In this document: piece by piece, positions 12,648-26,049 of the stretch
How the letters are laid out: each line of letters begins with the position of its first letter
How positions within the stretch are numbered: position 1 is the first letter of the stretch
Source: Octopus vulgaris
Taxonomy: Eukaryota
Length of the DNA stretch: 64,000 nt
Direction: 5' to 3'
Assembly: GCA_951406725.2 (NCBI GenBank)
Contig: OX597814.1
Location: 20,274,001-20,338,000, forward strand
Program-made: the position numbers and the translations under genes
The notes under the pieces: model-generated
Seen by the model: only the letters and a program-made list of their open reading frames with translations
Databases searched by the model: none
What the model was told of the DNA's origin: nothing

Positions 12648-13040
12648 CATCATCATCATCGTTTAACGTCCACTTTCCATGCTTGCATGGGTTGGACGAT
12701 TTTGAATGAGGGCTGGCGAACCAGATGGTTGCACCAGGCTCCAATCTTGATTTGGCAGAGTTTCTACAGCTGGATGCCCTTCCTAACGCCAACCACTCCA
12801 AGAGTGTAGTGGGTGCTTTTTACGTGCCACCGGCACGGGGGCCAGTCAGGCGGTACTGGCAACGACCTCACTTGAATCCTTTTACACATGCCACCAGCAC
12901 AGGTGCCAGTAAAGCGACTTTGGTAACACGCTCGAATGGTGCCCTTTTACGTGCCACTTGCACGGAAGCCAGTTGGCTGCTCTGGCAACGATCGTGCTCG
13001 GATGGTGCTCTTGACACCCTACTAGCACAGGCACAAGATA
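12648..13040 (-). mobile_element. RTE-type LINE 3' UTR fragment with (TGA)n tail
   Basis: Shares GTTTCTACAGCTGGATGCCCTTCCTAACGCCAACCACTC with copies at ~13230, ~19330, ~23120, ~31020, ~37500 and ~55240. Confidence 0.7.
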
Positions 13041-13469
13041 TATTTGTTTAGTTATTCTGAAGCGCACATGACAATATGGTCTATATTGCTTTCATAAACA
13101 TTATGGTATATATTGCTCAACAATATAATCACTAGAAAAAAACAAAAATAAAAAACAACAAAAGACATGGTTTTAACTTAAATTTGATTTGCTCTAATTC
13201 TTTCCTAATCTTTATCCTTTACACATCATTATTATTATCATTCAATGTCCATTTTCCATGCTGGCATGGGTTGGATAGTTTGACAAGAGCTGATAGGCCA
13301 GAAAGCTACACCAGGCTCCATTTGTCTATTTTGACACGGGTTCTACTGCTGGATGCTCTTCTTATTGCCAATTACTTTACAGAGTGTATTGGATGCTTTT
13401 TATGAGGCACCAGCACAGGTGCTTTTTACATATCACTGATACAGGTGCTTTTTATGTGGCACTAGTATA

Positions 13470-13702
13470 GGTGGCGAGCTGGCAGAAATGTTAGCAAGTC
13501 GGGTGAAATGTGTAGCCGTATTTCGTCTGCCGCTACGTTCTGAGTTCAAATTCTACCTAGGTCGACTTTGCCTTTTATCCTTTCGGGGTTGATTAAATAA
13601 GTACCAGTTATGCACTGGGGTCGATATAATCGGACTTAATCTGTTCGTCTGTTCTTGTTTGTTCCATCTGTTTAGCCCCTTGTGGGTAGTAAAGAAATAG
13701 GT
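13470..13702 (+). mobile_element. SINE family 2 (~230 bp)
   Basis: GGCGAGCTGGCAGAA..GAGTTCAAATTC head, GTCGACTTTGCCTT core; related copies at ~11417(-), ~18925(-), ~34930(-), ~50195(+), ~63171(+). Confidence 0.8.
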
Positions 13703-14296
13703 ATAGGTGCTTTGTACATGGCACCAGCCCCAACAGGGTCATCAAGTAACTTGCAAGACAATGACCTCTTAGTTGAGAGAGGGATTAGAACCAAGGGAAG
13801 TGGCTGTGTAGTAGGTGAGATGTTAGAGCATGATAGAGGGACAGGGATAGTTGTTTTACTATAGAGAAGATACTTGGCCAACCTGTTGGACAAGGAAGGT
13901 GAAGGAAGGTGGGAGAGGGTTAGAGGGAAAGATAAAAAGACAGTCAGAATGAGAAAGATATAGAGAGAAATGTATGGTGTTGGGGATGTATTGGGGCCTA
14001 CCCATAGTGAACAGTGGTGGTGGGAGGGGGTATAAGTAGTACGGAGGGGATAGAGGGGAATATTTCATAAGAATGTGAGAAGAAATGTTTAGAGATGGGG
14101 AAGACATGACTGTAGTAAGTGATGGTGAGGGAGATTAGAGAGGCTGGGAGAAGGGTAAGGAACAATATTAGGAGAGTGTGTGGATAGGCACATGAGACAG
14201 AGGGGAAGGGATATTTTGTATTTTAGTAAAAATTACATGATATAGGCCTCTTTTTTTTCTTTTTTTTTTTTACTGTGATCATCTCACTACATTTAG

Positions 14297-14427
14297 GTTA
14301 CTGGCTATGATGGAGCATATCATATAGCTCAGACTCTTGAAAGTCGAGGTGTTCAGTTGGAATATCTATTGGATGAAGGCCTCTCAATAGCCAAAGATTT
14401 TTTTAAAGGTTTACATCCAGTTGCCAT
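14297..14427 (+). CDS. PM20D1: PM20D1-like exon 4 (131 nt)
   Basis: atttAG|GTT..AT|GTaagt; VTGYDGA...LEYLLDEG. Absent from the ORF track. Confidence 0.92.
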
Positions 14428-14999
14428 GTAAGTTTATTTACAGACCTTTCTTTATTTACCTATTTTTTAGGTAGCATCACTGAAATATGTGGTATCCTGA
14501 GAGAGATACTTTCTATAACAGCTAGTATCATTGTCTGTTCATACTTTCAATTTACATGCAGACAACTCAGACATATTTCATCTTTTTCTCATTGTCAAAC
14601 TCATGCTTTAACTATCATTGTCTCTGCACTTATTGGCTCGTTCAACCACAACCAAAACAAGGCTTCCTACCACATATCCACACTGCACAACAATCTAGAA
14701 CCCAATGGCACATTAAGTCAGCTAACTAGTTGGAAATCTACAAGTTTTATTCTATTGCTGATCATAAATATACTTCACCTAGCTCATCTGAGATAGCAAA
14801 GCAGGTAGCAGGAGCTGTCTGCTTATATATATCCCTTTAATCCTTCACTCAACCAAAATACGTAGCACCAAATCCCAAAATAATTCAATTGTACTACAGT
14901 GATACAAGCAAATGAAAAAAAGAAACACCCTGTAAACATGGTAAAAACCCACCCTCACCACAATCTATGTTGCTTTTACTCACCACAGCAACTTATGCA

Positions 15000-15870
15000 A
15001 GACTTATCCAAAAAGTAAAATATACTTTGGAGCAATGCACAGAATTCAAGCCCTCTAACCTTCCAAATTTCAGCTAATTCTTCAGATTAATACATCATTA
15101 CCAGCCTTGTGGAATCCTCAACATCATCATCCATCTAAATGTCTCCATAAACAACAATCTTGTAGACTTTTATTACATTTATTGCTCATTTTCCTTTCAA
15201 CTTTACAATGCACACACTCAGTAAAACTCCTCAAAATCTTTCTTTGTCCTCTCCACACTAATACATACCAAGTGCAAAAATGCTTCTGGTTACATTAGAT
15301 CAATAAGGCTGAACCCCCTGACAATGATCAGTGCCATTATCCTCAAATGTTAACCCCTGTCCTCACCAAACCCTTCAATATTTGTCTTTCTGTAAGGATC
15401 CCAATATTTGGAAATATATAATAGTCCATCCAATGCTTAATAAGGGAAACCTCTCTGCATCTACAATATATCAACCTGCTGCTCTTTCAACATCTCAAAG
15501 ATGATGAAAACAATCATTCTCTCTAAAAACTTGAATATCACTCAATCTCCAGTGATCTGTCCAGCTTTATAGAACTAGATCTACTGGGACCAGCTCTACT
15601 AAGTCACCAATGGTCACTCCTTTCCTTAGGAAGTCCAGTGAAAACAATATGATTACAATTGACATCTGTAAGGCTTCCAATTGTGTTTGATATGAGAATT
15701 TCTTTGCTAAGTTGCTCATTGTTAGGTTCTATTCTTCTCACATCTCTTGGAATGGAGGATTCCCGTCAGATTACATTATCACAACATGCATTAAGGGACT
15801 TTATGTGAACTATGTTATATTGACTTGGATGTGCTCTAATGTTTGGAAAACCAAGACCTAGAAAACACCT
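15000..15870 (+). mobile_element. Highly decayed LINE reverse-transcriptase fragment (CR1/Jockey-like)
   Basis: Eroded KA..PD, PVLTK.FN, Y.P.AL, DI.KA.N.V motifs. Confidence 0.45.
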
Positions 15871-16552
15871 TCTGATGACAATATGACCATCTTATCTTTT
15901 TCAACAGTACCAAAACAGAACTTCTGTTTATATTAAGAAAGTATTCTTACCCTCTTTCATCATGAACAACTTGCAAACAAAGACTTTAAAAATCACCCCA
16001 AGTGACTGAACTTCTGAACCTCTACAAAACACAACTGAGACCCATAATACAGTAATGATCCCTTATATGGAACAGTATTACTACCCCTCATATTAACAAA
16101 TTATACCCCAAAGAAGGCCATGTGAACTGCACATTATAACTTCTACCTCTCAGAAGCAGTTTTCCCCTCTGCCCTTCTATTACATCACTACTACAATTAT
16201 CTCTTCCTGTTAGTTGCATTCCACCTTCACAACCATTTCTCCCCTTTTTCTCACACATATTGTGTCTGTAGATTTTGATTCAATCATACAGATAATTTTT
16301 CAAGATGAAGCCATCTGATCTGATTGAGCATACATCTTGTTTTATGGATTGATCAGATACTGCAACCATTTCAAGGTATATTTGGGAACTTTAGGAAATC
16401 ACTTATGGCTGAATTATATACATGGATGCATTACTGTATTTTTACAAATTTTGGATTTTTTGCTTGAAAATTTTAAAACTTTGCATTGAGCTTTCAAAAG
16501 ATATACCTTTTTTTATAATCTAATCATTGAATATTTTCACCTGGTTTTCTAG

Positions 16553-16672
16553 GATTGGTGTTGCTGAAAAGGGTCAAGCAATTGTGAAACTTTCTGTCAA
16601 TGGAACAGCTGGTCATTCAGCAATTCCTCATGGTGAATCTGTCATTGGCATTTTGTCTGGTGCTATACACAG
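16553..16672 (+). CDS. PM20D1: PM20D1-like exon 5 (120 nt)
   Basis: ttctAG|G ATT..AG|GTaagt; IGVAEKG...GHSAIP. Confidence 0.93.
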
Positions 16673-16899
16673 GTAAGTAACTTACATCTTGTGTGTGTGT
16701 GTATATGGGTGTGTGTGTATATGGGTGTGTGGGGTGTCTGTGTGTGTGCGCGCGTGTATGTGCATGTATGCACACACACATACATGCACACACCACACAT
16801 ACATGCACACACCACACATACATGCACACACACACACATGGTGTTTGGGCTAAATTTGACAGTTTACATAAAAGGAAAAGAAAACACAACATGCTATCC

Positions 16900-17760
16900 A
16901 GAAATAAGAGCATTTTAAAAACTCAAAAAATATCAATTAGATTAGGTCTGGGAGATAACTGTTTACTCAAAGTAGCCACCCTCAACTTCCACCAAGGCCT
17001 CAAAATGGCTCTGGAACCTCATGCATGCATTCCTCAGTGTCTCTTGGAAGATCTTCAAATACCTCCTTGATCTTGGCCACCAGCTTGGCCTTGCTGTTTC
17101 AGGCAGAACAGTTGGTGTCTTTTTCAACCAAACCCTACACATAGTATCCTATTGGATTACAATCAAGGGAATTAGCAAATTAGAAATTGGGGCTGGTGAA
17201 GTTGTGGAAATCCTCTGACAACCACTTCTAACTCTTTCTAGATGTATGGCAAAGAGTCAATTTTGCTTCTACATGTATGGCCTTCCAGCAGAAACCCTCT
17301 CTAGACAAATTTTGACCACAGTCTCCAGCAGCTTCACATAGGTATCTGAATTGAGCCAAAGGCCTTGTTCAAAGATGTGGGTCGGTATGATGTCTCTCTT
17401 GCTGGAGACACACTGAAAGACCACCATAATTTAGAGGAACTTCATGATATGTGTGACATCACATGGGTTGTGTTTTACAGTCTTTACAGTGTCCACAGAA
17501 CATTCAGCTGCAATCATGATGTCGGCATTTTGATATCCATCATGAATCATCACAACACAGGTAACTCTTTTCGAATATTCAGATTGCTTCCAGTCCTCCA
17601 TGTCAGCTAACACTTTTTCAACTACAGCTTTAGTCTTTATGCTTCCCAACACCATTGACTGTTCACCAATACATTGAGATGTTCCTGAGAAAAAAGGACA
17701 TGCACTAAGTACACCACATAGAATTCCTGTGTACACCTTTCCTACATATTGAGCAGGGTT
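16900..17760 (-). mobile_element. Decayed Tc1/mariner-superfamily transposase remnant
   Basis: Minus strand near 17130-17180 reads NSLDCNPIGYYV*G (SPDLNPLDYYVWG-type motif); eroded N-terminal HTH-like region at 17431-17600. Confidence 0.6.
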
Positions 17761-18099
17761 ACATACCTGAAATTGGTAGAGTCTTGTCTTGCTAACTAGA
17801 ACTTTATTTAGTCTTTGGTAAGTTAACTTTCAGGCCCTTTGATTTCAGGATTTACTTCCAGACTTGGAATTTCTTTCCTAATTGTGTTACATATTCCACT
17901 GGATCATCAGCATATAGCAGTCCCTAGGGGCAGCTGGTTTTAAATACCTCTGTCATGGCCTGGAAGGTGATGATGAATAGGAAGGTGTCAGGAAGAGCAT
18001 CCAGCCACAGAAACCATGCCAAAGCTGACACTGGAGCACGACACAGACCTGTGGCTTACTGGATCCTGTCAAACCTTCCATTGAAATTTCATTCTTCAT

Positions 18100-18310
18100 T
18101 TTGTTTCAGTCATTAGACTGTGGCCATGCTGGGGCACTGCTTTGAAGAATTTTAGTTGAACCAATCAAGCCCAATACTTATTTTCTTTTTAAGCTTAGTA
18201 CTTATTCTATTGGTCTCTTTTGTTGAACTGCTAAGTTACAGGGATGTAAACACACTGACACCAGTTGTCAAGCGGTGGTGGAAGACAGACAAGACATACA
18301 CACACACACA

Positions 18311-18347
<37 letters not shown>

Positions 18348-18510
18348 TGGGCTTCTTTCAGTTTTCATTTACCAGATTCACTCACTAGTCTTTGGTTGTC
18401 CCAGGGCTGTAGTAAAGGACACTTTCCCAAGGTACCATGCAGTGGGACTGAACCTGGAACTATGTGGTTGAAAAGCAAGCTTCTTACCATACAGCCACAG
18501 CCATGCCTAT
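18100..18510 (-). mobile_element. SINE family 1 (diverged)
   Basis: Matches the family. Confidence 0.85.
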
Positions 18511-18639
18511 GCATATTTAAATTTATTTTAGGAAATTCTTTATTATTTTAAAAATTAATTGAAATGAAGGCTGTGTATTTTATCAGAAATATGTTAACAA
18601 AAAGATATTTTTTCAGACAAAATTTGTTTTGGATAGACG

Positions 18640-19475
18640 TGTAACACTCTAACAATGGAGGGAACCTGTTGAAGAGGTGGACATAGGAAGACATGGTACA
18701 AGCACGATCTTTGATTGTTGGGCCTCACAGAAGCAATGACAAGTGACCAAGACCTTTGGAGATATGCTGTGCTTGAGAAGACCTGTCAAGCCAAGTGAGA
18801 TCCTAGTCATGGCCGATGCCAGTGTTGCATAACTGGCCTGTTAAAAGCACCCTTCAATCATTGGGTGATACACTGTGCTTGTAAAGACCTGTCAAACTGA
18901 GTGAAATTACAGTCATAGCCGATACCTATTTCTTTATTACCCACAAGGGGCTAAACACAGAGGGGACAAACAAGGACAGACATAGGTATTAAGTCGATTA
19001 CATCGACCCCAGTGCGTAACTGGTACTTAATTTATCGACCCCGAAAGGATGAAAGGCAAAGTCGACCTCGGCGGAATTTGAACTCACAACGTAACGCAGA
19101 CGAGATACCGCTAAGCATTTCGCCCGGCGTGCTAACATTTCTGCCTTGCGCCTGTGCCATTTGAGTGTTGGGCCTCATGGAGGCAGTGACAAGTGACTAA
19201 GACCTTTGGCAATATACGGTGCTTGTGTAGACCTGTCAAGTCAAGTGGGACCGTAGCCATGGCTGATGCCAGTGTCAGGTCAATGGCACCCATGCTGGTG
19301 GCACATAAAAAAAAACACCCTCTGCTCTCTTGGAGTGATTGGCATTAGGAAGGACATCCAGCTGTAGAAAGTTTGCCAAATCAAATCAAAACCTGGTGCA
19401 GCCACCTGGCACCAGTTTTCAGTCAAACCATCCAACCCATGATAGCATGGAAAACAGACATTAAATGATGATGAT
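18640..19475 (+). mobile_element. RTE LINE 3' end with a nested SINE family 2 copy (18925-19146, -)
   Basis: Eroded EGTC.RG..RKTW...DL..LGLTEAMT.D.DLWRYAVLEKT C-terminus, 3' UTR and (TGA)n tail. Confidence 0.7.
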
Positions 19476-19717
19476 GTGAGTAGGTGATATAGTTAATTAG
19501 ATGATACTAAGTTTATTATTTGCATCAAGCAACCATGGAAGGATGGAATATTAAGTTGACATCCCAACCAGCATAACATATATAGTCAAAACATACAGAC
19601 ACAAAAATCACCAAAATACTTTATTCCAGTACTTTATTATTACTACTAACCCTCTGCTGTCATTGATATTAATATCAATCTATTAATTTTAAATTAATTT
19701 AAATTTTGTACATTTAA

Positions 19718-19936
19718 CCCTTTAGTGTTTAAACTGGCCATATCTGGCTCAGATATTCTACATGTTTTATATTCAAACTGGCCATATCTAGCCTCTCACA
19801 CCTAACCTACATTGACATTCTAAAAATAAACAATTACATCATTGAAACCTCAAAGCTATAAAATAATGCCTGATTTTTCAAAACAATTTGAGTGAAAAAG
19901 TATTACATTTAACAGAGTAATCTGAACATTAAAGGG
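19718..19936. mobile_element. piggyBac-type MITE with TTAA target-site duplication
   Basis: TTAA(19714-17) CCCTTTAGTGTT ... AACATTAAAGGG TTAA(19937-40); partial relative at ~28621-28750. Confidence 0.8.
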
Positions 19937-19956
19937 TTAAACAATATCCTTTATAG

Positions 19957-20032
19957 AATTGAATCAAATCCACAACCTGATTTGTTTGGTACTGGAGTAG
20001 AACGAGCTATTTTTGAACATCTTGCTCCAAAG
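19957..20032 (+). CDS. PM20D1: PM20D1-like exon 6 (76 nt)
   Basis: ttatAG|A ATT..AAG|GTagga; IESNPQPDLFGTGVERAIFEHLAPK. Confidence 0.9.
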
Positions 20033-20461
20033 GTAGGATTTTAAAAGTTTTATTTATAGTTTCCTTTTTTGATAAGGGTTTAAATTCTCAATATTATTTT
20101 CTGTGTATACATGTCTAAATGAGAAGGGAGAACTGGTTTATATATATAAGCATAACTGAGTATTCTATGCAATGAGGGAAATAAGTTTTATAAACTTGGG
20201 GCATGCTAAGATCTGTGAAGTTGTGATTGGAAAGATGGTGAGAGTTAGATACTATAAGCACTCTCCCCCATAAGCTGAAAATTAGAGGAATGCCCTCCTT
20301 TTCCATCACTGATTATATAAAAACTATTAAAAAATTTTTATGTATTCTATTTAAAGAACATGTAGGAAAGAAACACATGAATCTTGTGATTCAGCTTAAC
20401 AAGGAAGATATCATCACACTTAAGTTGAAAGAGACTAAGAAAATTACAAAACCTTATTAAC

Positions 20462-20682
20462 ACTCTCTTTACTCTTTTACTTGTTTCAGTCATTTGACTG
20501 CGGCCATGCTGGAGCACCGCCTTTAGTCGAGCAAATCGACCCCGGGACTTATTCTTTGTAAGCCCAGTACTTATTCTATTGGTCTCTTTTGCCGAACCGC
20601 TAAGTGACGGGGACGTAAATATACCAGCCAGCATCGGTTGTCAAGCAATGTTAGGGGGACAAACACAGACACACAAACACAA

Positions 20683-20714
<32 letters not shown>

Positions 20715-20870
20715 GACAGGCTTCTTTCAGTTTCCGTCTACCAAATCCACTCACAAGGCATTGGTCGGCCCGGGGCTATAGCAGAAGACACTTGCCCAAG
20801 ATGCCACGCAGTGGGACTGAACCCGGAACCATGTGGTTGGTAAGCAAGCTACTTACCACACAGCCACTCC
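20462..20870 (-). mobile_element. SINE family 1
   Basis: Full match. Confidence 0.9.
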
Positions 20871-21034
20871 AGATGCTTTTTTTTTCTTCTACATGAAAAC
20901 CTAAGTTGAATATAGTTTGTTTGTATTGATATAGTGTATAGTAATATAAGAATTTGATCAATTGGAAAATGTTCTCAGAACCTGGGTATAAAGGAGAATA
21001 CCACAAGTTGATCAACACTGGAAACATGGTAAAA

Positions 21035-22186
21035 TACAAGGGTGGGCTGAAATGTTTATAGGCTGACTTTGAAGGAGTGATACTAGATCTATGAAATCTT
21101 GCATGCATTAATTTCTGCTCTTCTTATTAACAAATGCATTATTTCTTTCTTTGTTAAACTGACATCATACTGTTCAAAAAGGACTTCAAAAGTCACTAAG
21201 TAACTAGCAGCTACTTCTCTTGAAAATGGACAAAATTTGGCATCGTGGTGTTATCAAGAACCTGCAGAAAATGCAATAGCTCCCAAGGACAATTATGTTG
21301 ACATAGTTGCTACATTACAGGACGATGCTCCAGTTTTATCAACATTGTAAAACTGGGCAGTTGAATTTGGGAGGGGAAGGGAGAATATGCTAATAGTCAA
21401 TACTATTAGCATATCTTGTGAATTGAGAATATTCTGCATAATGAACTTGATATGATGAAGGCTTCTGCTTGGTGGGTGCCACATTTGATACCTGATCAAA
21501 AGCACACCAGACTGATCACATGAAAATCTGACATTGTTTGAAGCAGATCCAGCTCGTTGGTTTTATCACTTTCAGCCAGAGACAAAGAGACAATCCATGC
21601 AGTGGAAACACCTCTCCTCACCTGCCCCAAAGAAGGCCAAGGTTGTTTTATGTGCAAAGAATGTGATAGTCTCAGTTTTTTAGGATGCAAGAAACATTGT
21701 GTTTATTGATTATCATCAAAAGGGCTACACCATCAATGGAGAGTACTTTGCCAGTTTGCTGAGGCAGTTATGAAAGATTATCAAGACCAAATGCCCGGGA
21801 AAACTGATGAAAGGTTCATCAGGACGATGCTCCAGCACACAGTCTTTGGTTTCAATGGCCTCAGTGCATGACCATAGCTTTGAACTGGTTGATCACCCTC
21901 CCTATTTTCCTGATTTGGCCCCATCTGACTATCATCCGTTACCCAACATGAAAAACATTTGGCTGAGAATCAGTATCATGGTGATGATGATATCCTATCT
22001 GCTGTTGATAATTTTTTTTTTAACAACTGGATGGAAACTTGTTCACCAATGAGATTTAAACACTGCAACACTAATAGAAGAAATGTGTAGACCACAAGGG
22101 GGACTATGTTGAAAAATAAATCTCATTCAGTCACTTTCCATGAAAGTATCTTGGCCAGCCTTTGAATTTTTCAGTCAACCCTTGTA
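21035..22186 (+). mobile_element. Mariner transposon with both TIRs, internally deleted and non-coding
   Basis: TA-CAAGGGTGGGCTGAAA..GGCTGAC and GCCAGCC..TTTCAGTCAACCCTTG-TA ends; WVPH and HPPYFPDLAPSDY motifs. Confidence 0.9.
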
Positions 22187-22621
22187 GATATTAAATTTTT
22201 GCGAGTTATGAGTTAATGGTTATTTTAATTTGTCTACTATTCAGTGATGACTAATTTTCTTCCAATTAAAAATAATAAACATTGGTTTTAGGCATACAAT
22301 TTCTGTTCCAGTGTAAATAGGTGGTAAACTTAATCTGTCTTCCTGTTTAATACCACTACCTGACCTTTGGTTACCTTTAGCAGAATCCACCCTCATGCAA
22401 ACATTCAGGCCAGTTCTATGGTTTGATGATACCTTCCTCTCTCCCTCCCTGCCACCATTATTAGAGGCTATGGAAAAGATCTCTCATGATAAAAGGATAA
22501 AAATAAATAAATCTGTATCGATAAAAAGACAGATAAATATATAAACCCAGTGAAATTTTGTGATTGAATGTATTAAGATTAATGTAATTTTTTCACTTTA
22601 TTTTAATTTCATTTTGAACAG

Positions 22622-22683
22622 TTGCCTTTCCTACCTCGTATGTTTCTGTCCAATCTTTGGTTATTCAGACCTCTTGTGTCATG
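22622..22683 (+). CDS. PM20D1: PM20D1-like exon 7 (62 nt)
   Basis: gaacAG|TTG..TG|GTaagt; LPFLPRMFLSNLWLFRPLVS. Confidence 0.92.
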
Positions 22684-23114
22684 GTAAGTTTTCCAAACCT
22701 GTTATGTACTGGAATTAAGTTGTATACTATTTTATTTTCCATTTTACTATGAAACAAAATTGGCTTCAGAAAATAATGTTTTTCATCTTAGTTTACAAAA
22801 ACTATTATCTTTTTAATGAATCTTACAGATAAGTTTTCCCCTATTTTTCTAACAAACATTGTATTTTAGTCATTAGTATCTATTAATTATTTCCAGTCAC
22901 ATATTAAGATTATGTTAAGGGTATTTGTAATTCTATTGTTGACTATTTGGTTTCTATTTTTTACATGAAGAACAAAACTAACACAATAAAATAACAATTG
23001 TACAAAAGACTTGGATATTTACACATTTATTTAATCACTTTATTATTCACAATTTGATTATATTTCAGTCAGTTATTTTTAAGTATATAGTTTTATTATA
23101 CCTGAAAATATCTC

Positions 23115-23655
23115 CATCATCATCATTTAGCATCCATTTTCCATTCTGGCATGAGTTAGATGGTTTGACTAGAACTGATTTTGGCTTGGTTTCTACAGCT
23201 GGATGCCCATTGTAACACCAACCACTCTAAGAGTGTAGTGGGTACATTTTATGTGTCACCAGCATAAGTGCCGTTAGTGTGTCACTGGCACTAGTGCTTT
23301 TTATGTATCACTGACACTGTCCATGACTACAATTTCACTTGGCTTGATGAGTCTTCTCAAGCACAGCAAATCACCAAAGGTCTTGATAACCTATCATCGC
23401 TTCCATGAGACCCAACATTCAAAGACCATGCTTCACCACCTTGTTCCATGTCCTCTTGAGACTACCTCTTCCACAGGTTCCCTCCACAGTTAGAGATCAG
23501 CACTTTTTTACGCTGCTGTCCTCATCCATACACATCTCATGACCATATCAGTGCAATCTTCTCTCTTGCACACCACATCTGATGCTTGTTATGCCCAATT
23601 TTTCTCTCAAGATGTTTACACTATGTTGTACATACACACTGACATTGCAATCTGT
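23115..23655 (-). mobile_element. RTE LINE 3' fragment
   Basis: Reverse complement of the family at 18640; (CAT)n at its 3' end. Confidence 0.7.
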
Positions 23656-23799
23656 GAATAGTAATTAATTTTATTACAATTTCATATTGTATAAGAAAAT
23701 TTCATGAGTAAAAAAGAAATAGCTCACTAGACATTGATGAAATAATAGCTGACTACTTGAACCTACTTATTTAATGTCTGAATTTTATTTGCCTTTAAG

Positions 23800-23878
23800 G
23801 GTTTTGTCTCGCCAACCAACAACAAATGCTCTTATCAGGACTGTAAATGCTGTAACCAGGTTTGATGCTGGAATTAAG
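23800..23878 (+). CDS. PM20D1: PM20D1-like exon 8 (79 nt)
   Basis: tttaAG|G GTT..AAG|GTaaat; TNALIRTVNAVTRFDAGIK. Confidence 0.92.
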
Positions 23879-24812
23879 GTAAATATTTTGGTAACTTTTT
23901 CTTTTGATATGAACTACAATGATATAGAATATTTTAAAGTTAATTAAAACAGCTAATTAAGATATTATTTGTACTTCTTTTTGGTTCTAGATCATAATCA
24001 GGAAAGGAAAGACATTCATATGATGTGATGAATTGGTTACCAGGTTCACAAAAATCAACTGAGTAAAATTTGTCTTGTTTTTTCCCAGATCAACCTCAAT
24101 CAAGCAAACCTATGATTGAAATACATTTGAACTGTGATTATCCCATTTTCTTTCCCAATTTTTTAAAGGCCATGTGTAATTTGAGGAAGATTTGCTATAC
24201 TTTTTAACAGATTAAATTATCACATTGGCACATTTATGAGTTATGACGTTGGACCAGGGTGTATGTGATAATGTTCTGGGAGATAAAACTATCTAGTTAC
24301 AGGTTTTAAGACAACCTGTCAGTTTTTGTTTAGTCTTAAGTGAGTCCACAAAGCCATGTATCCACCAGAGAAATCAACAGAGTTTATTTGACAGAAAGCC
24401 TGTCTTTGCCTATGTCACAATGTTAATAACGGTTTCTAAAGACCAAAAATTTTAGGGGATAATAAAATTGATTCATTTTTATTAACTGTAGTAGGATGAA
24501 AGGCAAAAATTGACTATGGTGGGAATTTCAGTTCAGAACGCAAAGTAATGTCATTAAATACCACAAAATATTGTATCACTCCATCATGCTAATAATAATC
24601 TTTTATTTCCCAATACTAATCGTTCTCATAATAATGAATTTTTTCTAACATAGATTCAAGGCTACAATAATCAAACTCTGGAAAATAGAGGAAAACGTCA
24701 CCTAGATGGAATCTACACTCACAACGTAAAGGGACGTAACTAAGATTTATGACTTTCGCCCGTTAACTGCTATTGCTATTAACGAGAAGCCAGATGTTGC
24801 CGTTTATTCCCA

Positions 24813-25528
24813 GGACTTCAAAAATAACCAAGTAACTTGCAGCTACTTCTCTTGAAAATGGACAAAATTTGGCATCGTGGCGTTATCATGTACCTGCAAA
24901 AAATGCTTTAGCTCTCAAGGACAATTATGTTGACATAGTTGCTACATTATAGGATGATGCTCCAGTTTTATCAACATTGTAAAACTGGGTAGTTGAATTT
25001 GGGAGGGGAAGGGAGAATCTTTAACATGACTCAAGGTTTGGATGTCCTACAAATGCCACCACCAAGGAAAACATTGATCATATTCACCACATGGTGAGGG
25101 ATGGTGACTGATAATAAATCAAATAGTCAATACTATTAGCATATCTTGTGAGTTAAGAATATTCTGAATAATGAATTGGCATGATAAAGGTTTCTGCTTG
25201 GTGGGTGCCACCTCTGATACTTAATTATTCACAATTATTCACCGTGACACTGATTCTCAGCCAAATGTTTTTCGTGTTGGGTAACGGATGATAGTCAGAC
25301 GGAGCCAAATCAGGAAAATAGGGAGGGTGATTAGCCAGTTCAAAGCTACAGTCATGCACTGAGGCCATTGAAACCAAAGACTGTGTGTTGGAGCATCGTC
25401 CTGATGAACCTTTCATCAGTTTTCCTGGGCATTTGGTCTTGATAATCTTTCATAACTGCCTCAGCAAGCTGGCATAGTACTCCCCACTGATGGTGTAGCC
25501 CTTTTGACGATAGTCAATAAACACAGTG
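24813..25528. mobile_element. Rearranged mariner: 5' part on + (24813-~25222), internal 3' part inverted (~25240-25528)
   Basis: Both halves closely match the 21035 element; the ORF track shows near-identical peptides at 21807(+) and 25416(-). Confidence 0.85.
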
Positions 25529-26049
25529 ATGAAAAACTTTTCTGCCATGACCATTCCATAATTTGTTTTCTAGACTGCCATATCTAGACAATTAGATGTG
25601 ATTTTCAAGGAGATTTGGCTACTATTTCTAGCATGTTGAAATATAAACTACATCGATGTTGCATTGCGTCAGTATGGGAGATAACTCTGTTCTAACTTGG
25701 TAATTAAGCTCGGTTTCTTTTCTCCGTTAAATTTCTGTCAAAGGAGAATGAAGGAAATTTTATATTTATTTAGAGACATAAAAAAGATTAAACAAAACCA
25801 AATAAAAAACATTGGGTTCTTTAAAACCTCCGTGCTTCCTGAAATTCGCCAACACTACACCTGATATCCTCCCTCCATATGCATGCACACACGTATATCA
25901 TGACTCATAGACTGTTCGCTTTCCTGACTTTTATACATAATTCTGTGTACTGCACATGCACCTTTGATGAGTTGTAGTGCACCTGAGCGCTATACACAAT
26001 AATTTTATTATTATTATTATTTTAAGAATTTATTTTTTTGTGGTTTTAT

